Origin: an uncultured Clostridia bacterium
GTDB taxonomy: Bacteria > Bacillota > Clostridia > Christensenellales > CAG-314
Direction of reading: 5' to 3'
DNA length: 64,000 nt
Assembly (NCBI GenBank): GCA_947629985.1
Contig: CANRFV010000001.1
Span: forward strand, 49,329-113,328
In this document: one piece after another, positions 1 through 8,406 of the stretch
Layout of the letters: each line of letters opens with the position of its first letter
How positions within the stretch are numbered: position 1 is the first letter of the stretch
Translations under genes and position numbers: made by a program
The notes under the pieces: model-generated
Told to the model about the DNA's origin: nothing
Database searches by the model: none
What the model saw: the letters and a program-made list of their open reading frames with translations, nothing else

Positions 1-501
1 CAGCGATTCGTAATCGGGCAAGTCGGTTACGTTACTGATCGAAAACCTCTTCAAAAATTCGTCCGTAGTTGCAAACAACAACGGTTTGCCTATCGTATCT
101 TTACGCCCGACAACTTCTACCAAGCCCAATCTGACAAGGTTTTGCACGGAATATGTGCAGTCAACGCTGCGGATCTCTTCTATTTCGATGCGCGTTACCG
201 GTTGTTTGTAAGCGATTATCGCCAACGTTTCCAACATGGCGTTGGTCAATTCCTTCTCTTTTATGGGGTTAAGCACCGCCTCCACTTCCTTGGAGTAGTT
301 GGGATTGGTTGCAAATTGCAATTTATTGTTGAAGCGCAACAAATGTATGCCGCTGTTGCCGCTGAATTTTGCAAGCAATTCGGATACGGCTTCGCGCATT
401 TCTTTGTCGGTTGCATTTAATTTTTCTTTAATAAAACTCTCTTCCACCGCCTTGCCTGAAACAAACAGCACGGCTTCGATATGATCACTCAGCTGACTCA
501 T
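1..501 (-). CDS. scpB: Segregation and condensation protein B (ScpB), C-terminal end cut by window edge
   Basis: Absent from the ORF track because it is open at position 1. Reverse translation from the ATG at 501 gives MSQLSDHIEAVLFVSGKAVEE...ETLAIIAYKQPVTRIEIEEIRSVDCTYSVQNLVRLGLVEVVGRKDTIGKPLLFATTDEFLKRF, a typical ScpB winged-helix sequence. It overlaps the scpA stop by 17 nt, in the canonical scpA-scpB order. Confidence 0.85.
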   Translation of the reverse strand, partial: MSQLSDHIEAVLFVSGKAVEESFIKEKLNATDKEMREAVSELLAKFSGNSGIHLLRFNNKLQFATNPNYSKEVEAVLNPIKEKELTNAMLETLAIIAYKQPVTRIEIEEIRSVDCTYSVQNLVRLGLVEVVGRKDTIGKPLLFATTDEFLKRFSISNVTDLPDYESL

Positions 502-1312
502 ATTCATCTCCTACATCCACTTCGATATTGTCGCTGTCGGGGCGTTTTTCTATATAAATATCTTCAAAAAGCCCTTCTTGCCTGACGGTAATAATTTGCA
601 ATTTAAGCAATTCCAACACAGCCAAAAACGTTGTAACTATTTCGTTTTGGGAAGCGTCCGCGTCGAACAATTGGTCAAATCTAAACTTGTCTTCGGTAAG
701 CAAGATCTCGCGAATGTACGATATCTTTTGCGGAACGGAAAAACTCTCTTTTTCTATTGCGCGAGAAACGTTTTCGGCGGCATTTTTTACTTGCAATTTC
801 ATCAAAAATTTGCCGAACGCTTGCACAAAACCTTCCATGCTGAGATTTTCTTTTACAACCGTTACTTCCTTGCCGACGTTTTTGTCCGGTTCACGGTAAA
901 AACGGTCTACATTTTCGTGCGTTTTAAGTTCGGCAACTATCTCTTTGAACAGTTTGTATTCTTCCAACTGACGAATGAGCACTTTTTCGGGAGATTCTTC
1001 GTCGTTTTCTTCTTCGGGAATGGGCGGCAACAATGCGTGCGATTTAATTTCCAACAATGTGGCTGCCATTGCCATATATTCGCTTGCCTTGTCTATGTCC
1101 AACTCGGACAATTGCGTCATATATTGTAAAAACTGCTCGGTAACCTGCGAAACAAAAATATCTTTTATTTCGATCTTGTTTTCTTTTACCAATTCCAACA
1201 ACAAATCCAACGGTCCGGAAAAATTCGTCAATTTAAGTTCCAATGCGGATTTTTCCTTATCGAAAATGTATTCTTGCTGTAACTCTTCCGCCATCAGAAA
1301 ATCAACCTCCAA
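485..1312 (-). CDS. scpA: Segregation and condensation protein A (ScpA kleisin)
   Basis: The 275-aa ORF contains LKLTNFSGPLDLLLELVKENKIEIKDIFVSQVTEQFLQYM and EYMAMAATLLEIKSHALLP, the ScpA signature. An alternative start at 1294 (MAEELQQ) forms a TGATG overlap with the upstream gene's stop. Confidence 0.9.
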   Translation of the reverse strand: MEVDFLMAEELQQEYIFDKEKSALELKLTNFSGPLDLLLELVKENKIEIKDIFVSQVTEQFLQYMTQLSELDIDKASEYMAMAATLLEIKSHALLPPIPEEENDEESPEKVLIRQLEEYKLFKEIVAELKTHENVDRFYREPDKNVGKEVTVVKENLSMEGFVQAFGKFLMKLQVKNAAENVSRAIEKESFSVPQKISYIREILLTEDKFRFDQLFDADASQNEIVTTFLAVLELLKLQIITVRQEGLFEDIYIEKRPDSDNIEVDVGDEYESAE

Positions 1313-2031
1313 AAGTTTTCAAAACCTCTTAATATCAACGAGCCCAACCCGCCTATATACAAATTGAGCGGGGCGTAATCGCCAATGATGGGAATATAAT
1401 CCAAAATTATAAAGCCCAACAAAATATACAGACTGTATTTGCGCAAAAATCTCATAAACCCGTTGTTTTCGTTGACGAAACAACTCATCAAGCGGTAGCC
1501 GTCCAACGGATATATGGGCAATATGTTAAACAATGCAAACGAAACGTTAAGCGACGCAAGCAGGGAACATACACACAAACAAAAATACACAATATAGTAT
1601 TTTGCGTCGTTAACAGAAGCCATGTTTACCCACAAACGTTCGAATAGAACAAAGCCCATTGCAGCAATAAATGCAAGCAACAAATTGGTTACAACGCCCG
1701 CTATGGACACCGTAACGGCGCCGACTTTACGGTTGCGAAAATTGTTGGGATTTACGGGAACGGGTTTTGCCCAACCGAACCCCACCAACAACATCAGTAG
1801 CAGCCCCATTATGTCGAAATGCCGTACGGGATTTAACGACAAACGTCCGTAAACTTTTGCGGTATTGTCGCCGTTCCACAATGCAACCAAACCGTGGGCG
1901 ATTTCGTGCAGAACCAAGGCTGCAAGCAAAGCAACTACAAACGCCACCACTCGCAAAAGACCTTCGCGCGATAAGCCGGGCTCGGACACACCTAATATAA
2001 TGTCTTGCGTAAACAACCTATACAGATACAT
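1294..2031 (-). CDS. Site-2 protease family (peptidase M50) integral membrane zinc metalloprotease
   Basis: Polytopic membrane protein with HEIAHG (HExxH) in a TM segment and the second S2P motif NILPIYPLDGYRL (NxxPxxxLDG). Confidence 0.8.
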   Translation of the reverse strand: MYLYRLFTQDIILGVSEPGLSREGLLRVVAFVVALLAALVLHEIAHGLVALWNGDNTAKVYGRLSLNPVRHFDIMGLLLMLLVGFGWAKPVPVNPNNFRNRKVGAVTVSIAGVVTNLLLAFIAAMGFVLFERLWVNMASVNDAKYYIVYFCLCVCSLLASLNVSFALFNILPIYPLDGYRLMSCFVNENNGFMRFLRKYSLYILLGFIILDYIPIIGDYAPLNLYIGGLGSLILRGFENFWRLIF

Positions 2032-2037
2032 AACGCT

Positions 2038-2066
2038 ATTTTAGCAAAATATTACAATAAAGTCAA
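2038..2066 (-). promoter_or_regulatory. Sigma-70-type promoter placed for a leaderless transcript of the M50 protease gene
   Basis: The minus strand reads TTGACT - 17 nt - TAAAAT. Only 6 nt separate the -10 hexamer from the ATG at 2031, and there is no Shine-Dalgarno sequence. Confidence 0.4.
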
Positions 2067-2136
2067 TTAAAATATAATTTCAACCGACGGCGCACAGTTC
2101 GCCCTTGCTTTATGTGCAGGTGTACTGCTGCGCCCC

Positions 2137-2172
2137 AAAAAATTACGGCGCCGACCGCTGAAATCGACGCCG
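2137..2172 (-). terminator. Rho-independent terminator downstream of the D,D-carboxypeptidase gene
   Basis: The minus strand has an 8-bp GC-rich stem (cggcgtcg / cggcgccg, one G-U pair) followed by taattttttgg. Confidence 0.5.
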
Positions 2173-2199
2173 CAAATATAAGTTTTTACGTTGTTGTCA

Positions 2200-3336
2200 T
2201 TAAGCAACAATTTGTTGCAAATAATCCCAATAAGTTTTGGCTTTTACGTCTTGCTTTGCAAGCAGATCGGTTTGCTTTACTACGTTGCCCTGCATATCTA
2301 CCAATTGAACGGTACCTACTACGTCTCCCTTGGCAACTGGAGCCTTAACTTCCGCATACGGTTGAATGTTTACGCTGTAATCGACCGAACCTTTTTTGCC
2401 GAAAGCCGTTAACTTTTCGCGCGGGGCAACTTCGACAGACGCCTGTTTGCCGCCGCAGACTGTTACGTTATCCAACTTACCGTCGCAACCAAGGTAAACT
2501 TTTGTTTCGTAATTGGCAAACGCATAGTTAAACAGTTCGCTTACTTCTCTGAATCGCGTTTTGCTATCGGGCGCGCCAACAACAACGGCAATTACTCGCG
2601 TGTCTCCGCGCTTGGCGGTTGCGGCAAGACAATGTTGCGCTTCGGCGGTATATCCCGTTTTGCCGCCGTCGCAGCCGTCGTAAAAGCGCACGAGTTTGTT
2701 GGTGTTAGTCATGCCTGTTATGCGTCCGGACGGATGGACAAAATCTTCCATCCAAATATTTGCACAGGTAAAGTAATGCGGATGTTTGATCAAGTGAGAA
2801 AACATTACGCCGACATCCTTTGCGCAGGAAAATTGACTGACTGCAGGCAAGCCCGTACAATTTTCAAAATGCGTTGCGCACAAATTCAAATCCGCGGCTT
2901 TTTGATTCATCAATTCGACAAAGTTTTCAACGCTACCGCTGATGTGCTCGGCTACGGCAACGCAACTGTCATTTGCCGAACATACTACAATGGACTTTAT
3001 TAAATTTTCCATTTTGTAACTTCCGTTAGCGTCCAAAAACACTTGCGAACCGCCCATTGACGCAGCGCGAGCGCTGACAATTACGTCGTCATCCAGCGAA
3101 ATTTTACCGCTGTCGATTGCGTCGTAAGCGCACAACAACGTCATTATTTTCGTCATGCTTGCAATCGGGCGTTTTTCAACGGCATTTTGTTCGAAAATGA
3201 TCTGTCCGTCCTCGGACATCAAAACCGCTTCTTTGCACGATACGTTGGAAATTACGGTTTGTCCGCACGCCACCGACGGCGCCGCAATAGCGACAAGTAC
3301 CGCCAAACAAATTGCGCACAGTAATAACTTTTTCAT
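2200..3336 (-). CDS. Serine-type D-alanyl-D-alanine carboxypeptidase (PBP5/DacA-DacB-DacF family)
   Basis: SxxK (ASMTKIMT), SxN (CSANDS) and KTG (GGKTGYT) motifs in the canonical order, plus an N-terminal signal peptide MKKLLLCAICLAVLVAIAAPSVA. I place the start at the ATG at 3336, which is preceded by AAGGAG; the track start at 3360 adds 8 aa. Confidence 0.88.
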   Translation of the reverse strand: MKKLLLCAICLAVLVAIAAPSVACGQTVISNVSCKEAVLMSEDGQIIFEQNAVEKRPIASMTKIMTLLCAYDAIDSGKISLDDDVIVSARAASMGGSQVFLDANGSYKMENLIKSIVVCSANDSCVAVAEHISGSVENFVELMNQKAADLNLCATHFENCTGLPAVSQFSCAKDVGVMFSHLIKHPHYFTCANIWMEDFVHPSGRITGMTNTNKLVRFYDGCDGGKTGYTAEAQHCLAATAKRGDTRVIAVVVGAPDSKTRFREVSELFNYAFANYETKVYLGCDGKLDNVTVCGGKQASVEVAPREKLTAFGKKGSVDYSVNIQPYAEVKAPVAKGDVVGTVQLVDMQGNVVKQTDLLAKQDVKAKTYWDYLQQIVA

Positions 3337-3598
3337 ACAAAACTCCTTAACGATTTGCAATTAGTATTTGCAATTAAACGATTGCTATGCGCCCGCGACT
3401 CGGTAGATTACGCGGCTTGTTTCATAGCGAAATTTTACCGCAATGAGTATGCATAGCCGAACGCAATGTACGCGCTGCCGCTTTGCGGGCAATTTGCAAA
3501 GATAAGTTTGCGCTAACGCACACTCGCAAAGGCAGATTTACACGCGAGACAGGCAGACGCATCGTGTGTTACGCAAAACACTGCCACTCAAAGAAAAA

Positions 3599-3874
3599 TC
3601 AGCCGTTTACGCGCTCGGAAAAAGATTTTGACGGCTTAAACACAATCACTTGGCGCTCGGGAATGTGCATAGTCTTTTTAGTTGCGGGATTGATACTTGT
3701 ACGAGATTCGCGTTTTTTCATCTTAAACGTTCCTATACCCGTCAAGCAAACTTCTTTGCCTTTGTGCAATTGCTCTTCGATACTTTGCCAAAACGCTTTG
3801 TAAAATTGTTCGGTCTTTTTGGTTGTTTCGCCTGTTTTGTGTACAAGACACTCAATAAAATCACTTTTTTTCAT
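3599..3874 (-). CDS. hup: HU family nucleoid-associated DNA-binding protein
   Basis: MKKSDFIECLVHKTGETTKKTEQFYKAFWQSIEEQLHKGKEVCLTGIGTFKMKKRESRTSINPATKKTMHIPERQVIVFKPSKSF is a typical 91-aa HU/IHF fold with the beta-arm (RNPxT-like INPATKK). The ATG at 3874 has a GGAGAG RBS. The 145-aa track ORF is an upstream in-frame extension. Confidence 0.9.
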   Translation of the reverse strand: MKKSDFIECLVHKTGETTKKTEQFYKAFWQSIEEQLHKGKEVCLTGIGTFKMKKRESRTSINPATKKTMHIPERQVIVFKPSKSFSERVNG

Positions 3875-4292
3875 TTTATACTCTCCTACGATTATTTTAA
3901 CGAGCATTACCCGTTTTCCGTATTGTGCCCCATGCGAAATAAAATATACATAACCGAGATATTCGACCGCGCGCTTTGCACGATTTGCGACTGCTTCCGC
4001 AATCAACTTACACTTTTTAATATGAACAATCGGCAATTGAGTAATTATAATACAAACAATACTATGTCTAAAATAGTATTATGTATTTTTATAAAACTCG
4101 TCATAGTTTAGAATATATTTGGTTGTTCAAACGTTAAAAATCGAAAAAAGACTCCAAAATATGCGTTGACGTACCACACTGACCGTGGCAAACAGCGACG
4201 TTAAAAAACTTCTCCGCAACTCCAGCGCACAAAAACTCGATTGCATGCGCGTTTTGCACGGCAAAAACAGTAAAATCCGGTTTCGGCACAGT

Positions 4293-4320
4293 AAAAAATC
4301 CCGTTGCAAAGTGCAACGGG
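4293..4320 (-). terminator. Rho-independent terminator of deoB
   Basis: The minus strand has a perfect 9-bp stem cccgttgca / tgcaacggg with a 3-nt loop, followed by atttttt. Confidence 0.65.
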
Positions 4321-4408
4321 AAAACATATTATTGATTTTGATAGCCAAATCGGCAACTTTACAAAACGCTTGCCGTAACAAACACGGGCACAGGCGTGCA
4401 TAATTACA

Positions 4409-5557
4409 CTACCGCGTAACCTTTTCCCACACGGATTTGGCGGCGTTGCGTATTCCGAGTTGTTCGCGAATAGTATCTGCAATTACGTCAAATCCCTTGA
4501 TGGTACCGAGATTTGTCGGAACGACATCGCAACCGTACATTAGCAACGGCGTATACTCGCGCGTGTGATCGGTATGCAACTTATGCGTGGGATCGCAACC
4601 GTGATCGCCCGTTATGTACAAAACATCGTCGTGTTGCATAACTTTTATCAGTTCCGCCACTTTGGAGTCGATTTCTTCCAACGCCTCGGCATAGCCGAAA
4701 ACATCGCGTCTATGACCGTATTTCATATCGGTATCGACAAGATTTACAAACACAAGTCCGTCAAAACGCTCCTTGACGATTGCAATCGTTTGGTTAAGCC
4801 CGTCCAAATTGCTTACGGTATGGACGCTGCGCGTTATTCCCTGACCGTTAAAAATATATTCGATTTTACCGACTGCAACGCTTTGCATTCCCGCTTCTTT
4901 GACGTCGTCGAGAATGGTTTTGGCGGGCGGATTGAGACTGAAATCCTTGCGCTCGGCAGTGCGCACAAACGGGTACTCACCCGTAAACGGCCTTGCGATA
5001 ACTCTGCCAACGGCATATTTGCCAACGCACAGATCGCGAGCCTTTTGACACATATCGTAAAGTTGCTCTATCGTGTATTTGTCCATATGCACGGCAATTT
5101 GCAATACGCTGTCCGCCGAGGTGTAAACAATAGGGTAGCCCGTAGCCAAGTGTTCGGCACCGTAATCTTTTATTACTTCCGTGCCGCTATACGGCTTGTT
5201 GCACAAAACTTTTGTACCGAGTTCTCTTTCGAGTTTGGTAATAAAACTTTGCGGAAACCCGTTTGGAAACGTAGGCATCGGTTCGTTTGTTATAACTCCT
5301 GCCATTTCCCAATGGCCTACGGTTGTATCCTTGCCCTTGGACAGTTCTTCCAAGCGTGCATAAGCGCCTATAGGCATACGGTCGTCGTTGTAAGTGCCGT
5401 CAATATTGTACAATCCCATATCCGACAAAATCGGCAAATTAAGGTCGTAGGCATTGCGAATATTTTTTAACGTATTTGCTCCAAAATCGTTAAATTTTTT
5501 ACAATCCGGCATTGCTCCGATGCCAAAACCGTCAATTACGAGTATGATTGCTCTCAT
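4409..5557 (-). CDS. deoB: Phosphopentomutase
   Basis: Full-length 382 aa with MRAIILVIDGFGIGAMPD at the N-terminus, LVFVNLVDTDMKYGHRRD and ITGDHGCDPT, the metal-binding motifs of DeoB. Confidence 0.92.
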   Translation of the reverse strand: MRAIILVIDGFGIGAMPDCKKFNDFGANTLKNIRNAYDLNLPILSDMGLYNIDGTYNDDRMPIGAYARLEELSKGKDTTVGHWEMAGVITNEPMPTFPNGFPQSFITKLERELGTKVLCNKPYSGTEVIKDYGAEHLATGYPIVYTSADSVLQIAVHMDKYTIEQLYDMCQKARDLCVGKYAVGRVIARPFTGEYPFVRTAERKDFSLNPPAKTILDDVKEAGMQSVAVGKIEYIFNGQGITRSVHTVSNLDGLNQTIAIVKERFDGLVFVNLVDTDMKYGHRRDVFGYAEALEEIDSKVAELIKVMQHDDVLYITGDHGCDPTHKLHTDHTREYTPLLMYGCDVVPTNLGTIKGFDVIADTIREQLGIRNAAKSVWEKVTR

Positions 5558-5607
5558 AGTTCACTCCTTTACAACTTTATTATATCAAAAGTCGTAAATT
5601 TTTACAA

Positions 5608-6186
5608 TCAAATGACAGCAGTTAATATTTTCAGAATTACAAAAAACCCTAATATTTTTACTATAAATGACGCAACTATTATCAGCAAAGCCAATTTCGT
5701 GTCCCTAATTATCTCTCCGAAGGATTGACAAGCGCTTGGCATACAGCATATTGCAAAACTACACAGGCAAAAACCCGCCAATTGCACCGCCATGGCAAAA
5801 GCCGCATACATCACTCCCCAAACCGTCCATATGGAAATAACCGCCGCGGCGTTTGCTCCGCAGTACAAACAACCGACAAGCAGTACAACAAACACCAAAA
5901 AACGAGTTTTGGGCGAGAGATTACATATAACCGTTGCCAAATAAAATATCGCATATCCCAGCAAAAAATCAAATACCAGCGAAAAACCGCCGCCGTAAAT
6001 TTTTTCCGCATAGGTACAACGATTGCTGTACCACCAGGTGTACGAAAAAACGTGTAGCAAAACAAATCCCAAAACAACGCCTACAAGCGAAATTATGCCG
6101 CAAAGCAACATTTTGAGTTTGTTGGCACATATTTTATATTTTATGTCTTGACAAAAATTTTTGAGCAAACTTATGCACTTCATCAT
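5608..6186 (-). CDS. Polytopic membrane protein of unknown function (about 5 TM, Cys-rich; SpoIIM-like architecture is only a guess)
   Basis: The 192-aa ORF is almost entirely hydrophobic helices, and I recognise no catalytic motif. Confidence 0.5.
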   Translation of the reverse strand: MMKCISLLKNFCQDIKYKICANKLKMLLCGIISLVGVVLGFVLLHVFSYTWWYSNRCTYAEKIYGGGFSLVFDFLLGYAIFYLATVICNLSPKTRFLVFVVLLVGCLYCGANAAAVISIWTVWGVMYAAFAMAVQLAGFCLCSFAICCMPSACQSFGEIIRDTKLALLIIVASFIVKILGFFVILKILTAVI

Positions 6187-6871
6187 ATAATTTGTTATGT
6201 CGCAACAACAATAATTATGTTACATTTTGTAAAAACTGAGCAAAATACTCCGCTTTACAAGCCGCAAACGTAACAAAAAAACGCTAAAGGCACCTTGTGT
6301 TTGTAGCCGATACACAGCCAACGATTTTTACGTATGTCTGACTGTGGGCAATTAAATTTTAGACTAACGCCGGTTAGAGCGCTCCGATTTTTTAATATGC
6401 GTAAATTGTTGATATACAACCGTAATAAATCGGCATAAGTACTGCGACGGCAAAAAAACGCAAAAGCGGGTCAAAATTAAGCGAAATGCCACGTCGTGCA
6501 ATTCGCTTAACAATTTACACTATTGAAATTTTTATGTCCTTTTTTCGCAGTTATTTTTTTCGGTCATTTATCGCTTTTGACCGAAATGCCGATTCGCACT
6601 TACATACTACTTATATTTTCAAGCGGTTTTATCATTAAATATTTATTTGCTGAACGCGCCGCTTGGTAATCTGTCGAACGGCACCACACAGCGAAATTAT
6701 GCTGTGTGTTTGAAGAACAGGACTGTTGATATCACGCCAAATTATCACTGCACGTTAATTTAATTTGTCAACATCCACTTGGCATACATGCCGTAGCCGC
6801 GCGTCGGATCGTTTATAAATACGTGAGTAACTGTCAATAAGTTATAAACAAAAAAATTAAAATTGGGCAAA

Positions 6872-7966
6872 TTAAAGATATGTTGCACCCTTTATCTTGT
6901 CAACAATACTCTTTGCCTTTCCCTTGCTCAGTCCAACATAAGCCGCCAAGTTCATCAAATCCTGCTCGGCGGGATTGGGATTGCCCATCACGGTCATTTC
7001 ATGCTCGGACTTGTCAATAGTTTTCGTCAGATCGTATGCAGGAGACAATCTGTATCCGTTGAGAGTCTCATCGTATACAAAAGAAAAATTTTTTCCGTGG
7101 TCGTCCTTGTTGCCGTACAACACATTGAACGTCATGCGAGCAAAAGCTTCGTATAGGTCGCTCTTATCTGCGCAGATGTTTTGAACCACTTGAAAGAGAT
7201 GCACATAGTCCAGGTTGGGAATTCTATGCGTCGTTTCCAAAATGGATGACAACGAAACGACATGTATTCTCTTGCCGACTTTGCGATCAAAACGTTTTGC
7301 ACCAAAATAACCCGTACAACGCTTTGACGGAAACAATTTGAATTCGTTTACATCCAATCCGCACCGTTGGGCGGCGGCATTTGCCTCAAATTCGGCAAGC
7401 CCGGCATCCGGTGGATCGATTCTACACGGAAATTTAACAATCCAATCGTCTCCATCCGTTTTTATGTGCGCTTTTGGACGCGCTCCACCACTTGAACCGC
7501 CCAACAAAAACAAGCTATCCAACTCGTCAATAGGCTTTGAGTCATTCAAAACAGCGTTTGCTTCTTCCGCAAGCTCTTCCAAGTCGAAGTGGGAGTCATT
7601 TGCTTCCGTCGCTTGCGTCGGTTCATAGTTCAAACCGCCAAGTCCATTTTCGCCAATGAGAGACAGCTTGGTGAGCGGATTGAGCTTATCGTAGTTTACG
7701 CCCTTTTGCGCAAGCATACGCTTGACTAACAACTCCCCCCATCCATCGGGGAGCGAGTCGTGAAAAACACCATACAGCCCTTCAAAATTAAACTTTCTGT
7801 TAATATATATTTTGTCAGAAATGGGTAGCGAAAAGGGCGATATGGAAAACCCGTTTTTCTGCCACTCGTCGCTATATTGAAAGGCAATTCCTTCGTTCGT
7901 CATTGCAAGGTAGCCAACCGTTCGACCGTTGTATTTAACAATGGATTTAGTAACTTCACCGACCAT
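6872..7966 (-). CDS. hipA: HipA-family serine/threonine kinase toxin (type II TA)
   Basis: N-terminal HipA coupling region (VKYNGRTVGYLAMTNEGIAFQYSDEW), a P-loop-like LLGGSSGGARPKAHI and the catalytic loop GNKDDHGKNFSF. I take the start at the ATG at 7966 (MVGEVTK), which overlaps the hipB stop. The track start at 8131 runs through hipB. Confidence 0.85.
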   Translation of the reverse strand: MVGEVTKSIVKYNGRTVGYLAMTNEGIAFQYSDEWQKNGFSISPFSLPISDKIYINRKFNFEGLYGVFHDSLPDGWGELLVKRMLAQKGVNYDKLNPLTKLSLIGENGLGGLNYEPTQATEANDSHFDLEELAEEANAVLNDSKPIDELDSLFLLGGSSGGARPKAHIKTDGDDWIVKFPCRIDPPDAGLAEFEANAAAQRCGLDVNEFKLFPSKRCTGYFGAKRFDRKVGKRIHVVSLSSILETTHRIPNLDYVHLFQVVQNICADKSDLYEAFARMTFNVLYGNKDDHGKNFSFVYDETLNGYRLSPAYDLTKTIDKSEHEMTVMGNPNPAEQDLMNLAAYVGLSKGKAKSIVDKIKGATYL

Positions 7967-8249
7967 TTTTGTAATCCTTGACGCTGGTAATAATCTCGTG
8001 TTTGAAAAGTTCTTCAAAATCCGCCAGACGACCGATAGCGTTTGCAAGCTTGACAAGCGAATGTAAGGAAATCTCTCCCGTCTGTTCAAACCTGCGAATT
8101 GAGGAATAAGTAACCCCCGAACATTGCGCAAGCTTTACCTGAGAAAATTTCATTTCCTTTCGTCTCATCCTGAACCGTGCCGCCAAACTGTCTAACGTTG
8201 TTTTTTCTGTCAGCGTGGGGACAAATTCCCCTATATCAAATTTGTTCAT
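7956..8249 (-). CDS. hipB: HipB-like XRE-family HTH antitoxin
   Basis: The 97-aa ORF has an XRE HTH (RMRRKEMKFSQVKLAQCSGVTYSSIRRFEQTGEISL). It lies immediately upstream of hipA and overlaps it. Confidence 0.75.
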   Translation of the reverse strand: MNKFDIGEFVPTLTEKTTLDSLAARFRMRRKEMKFSQVKLAQCSGVTYSSIRRFEQTGEISLHSLVKLANAIGRLADFEELFKHEIITSVKDYKNGR

Positions 8250-8258
8250 AGTGCTAAT

Positions 8259-8287
8259 ATTTTAGCAAAAATTGAATTTAGTGTCAA
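8259..8287 (-). promoter_or_regulatory. Sigma-70-type promoter of hipBA (near-leaderless geometry)
   Basis: The minus strand reads TTGACA - 17 nt - TAAAAT, with only 9 nt and no RBS before the hipB ATG at 8249. Confidence 0.45.
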
Positions 8288-8342
8288 GTTATTGCCAAAA
8301 TATAAACAAAAACATTTTGCTTTACAAATTCACTTCGCACAT

Positions 8343-8367
8343 TAAAGAAAACAGGCAGACACCTGTT
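8343..8367 (-). terminator. Rho-independent terminator after the recombinase genes
   Basis: The minus strand has the stem aacagg / cctgtt (6 bp, 6-nt loop) followed by ttctttaat, 40 nt downstream of the recombinase stop. Confidence 0.5.
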
Positions 8368-8406
8368 CTCTATTTATTATTGTAATATATTACATAACAA
8401 CTAAAT

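Noticed and set aside
3875-4036. The N-terminal 54-aa extension of the HU ORF in the track (145 aa).
   Set aside because: HU proteins are about 90 aa. The internal ATG at 3874 has a GGAGAG RBS, and the upstream part is AT-rich leader that happens to be in frame.
4127-4482. Several 60-93-aa ORFs on both strands in the deoB-hup spacer.
   Set aside because: They overlap one another, have no RBS, have low-complexity or Cys/Arg-rich composition, and span the deoB terminator hairpin. I treat them as non-coding.
6361-6400. A tRNA-like fragment: gccggttagagcgctccgattttttaa resembles a D-loop/D-stem plus an anticodon-loop-like TTTTTAA.
   Set aside because: There is no complementary 5' D-stem, no anticodon-stem partner, no T-arm (GTTCGAATC-like) and no acceptor stem on either strand. 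At best it is a decayed remnant, so I did not call a tRNA.
6762-6871. A short frame downstream of hipA on the minus strand ending ...LLTVTHVFINDPTRGYGMYAKWMLTN*, which could be the 3' remnant of a gene split by ICE insertion.
   Set aside because: It is only about 36 codons with no RBS or credible start, and I found no matching 5' gene half near the other ICE end (43830-44020). I mention it only as context for the spacer finding.
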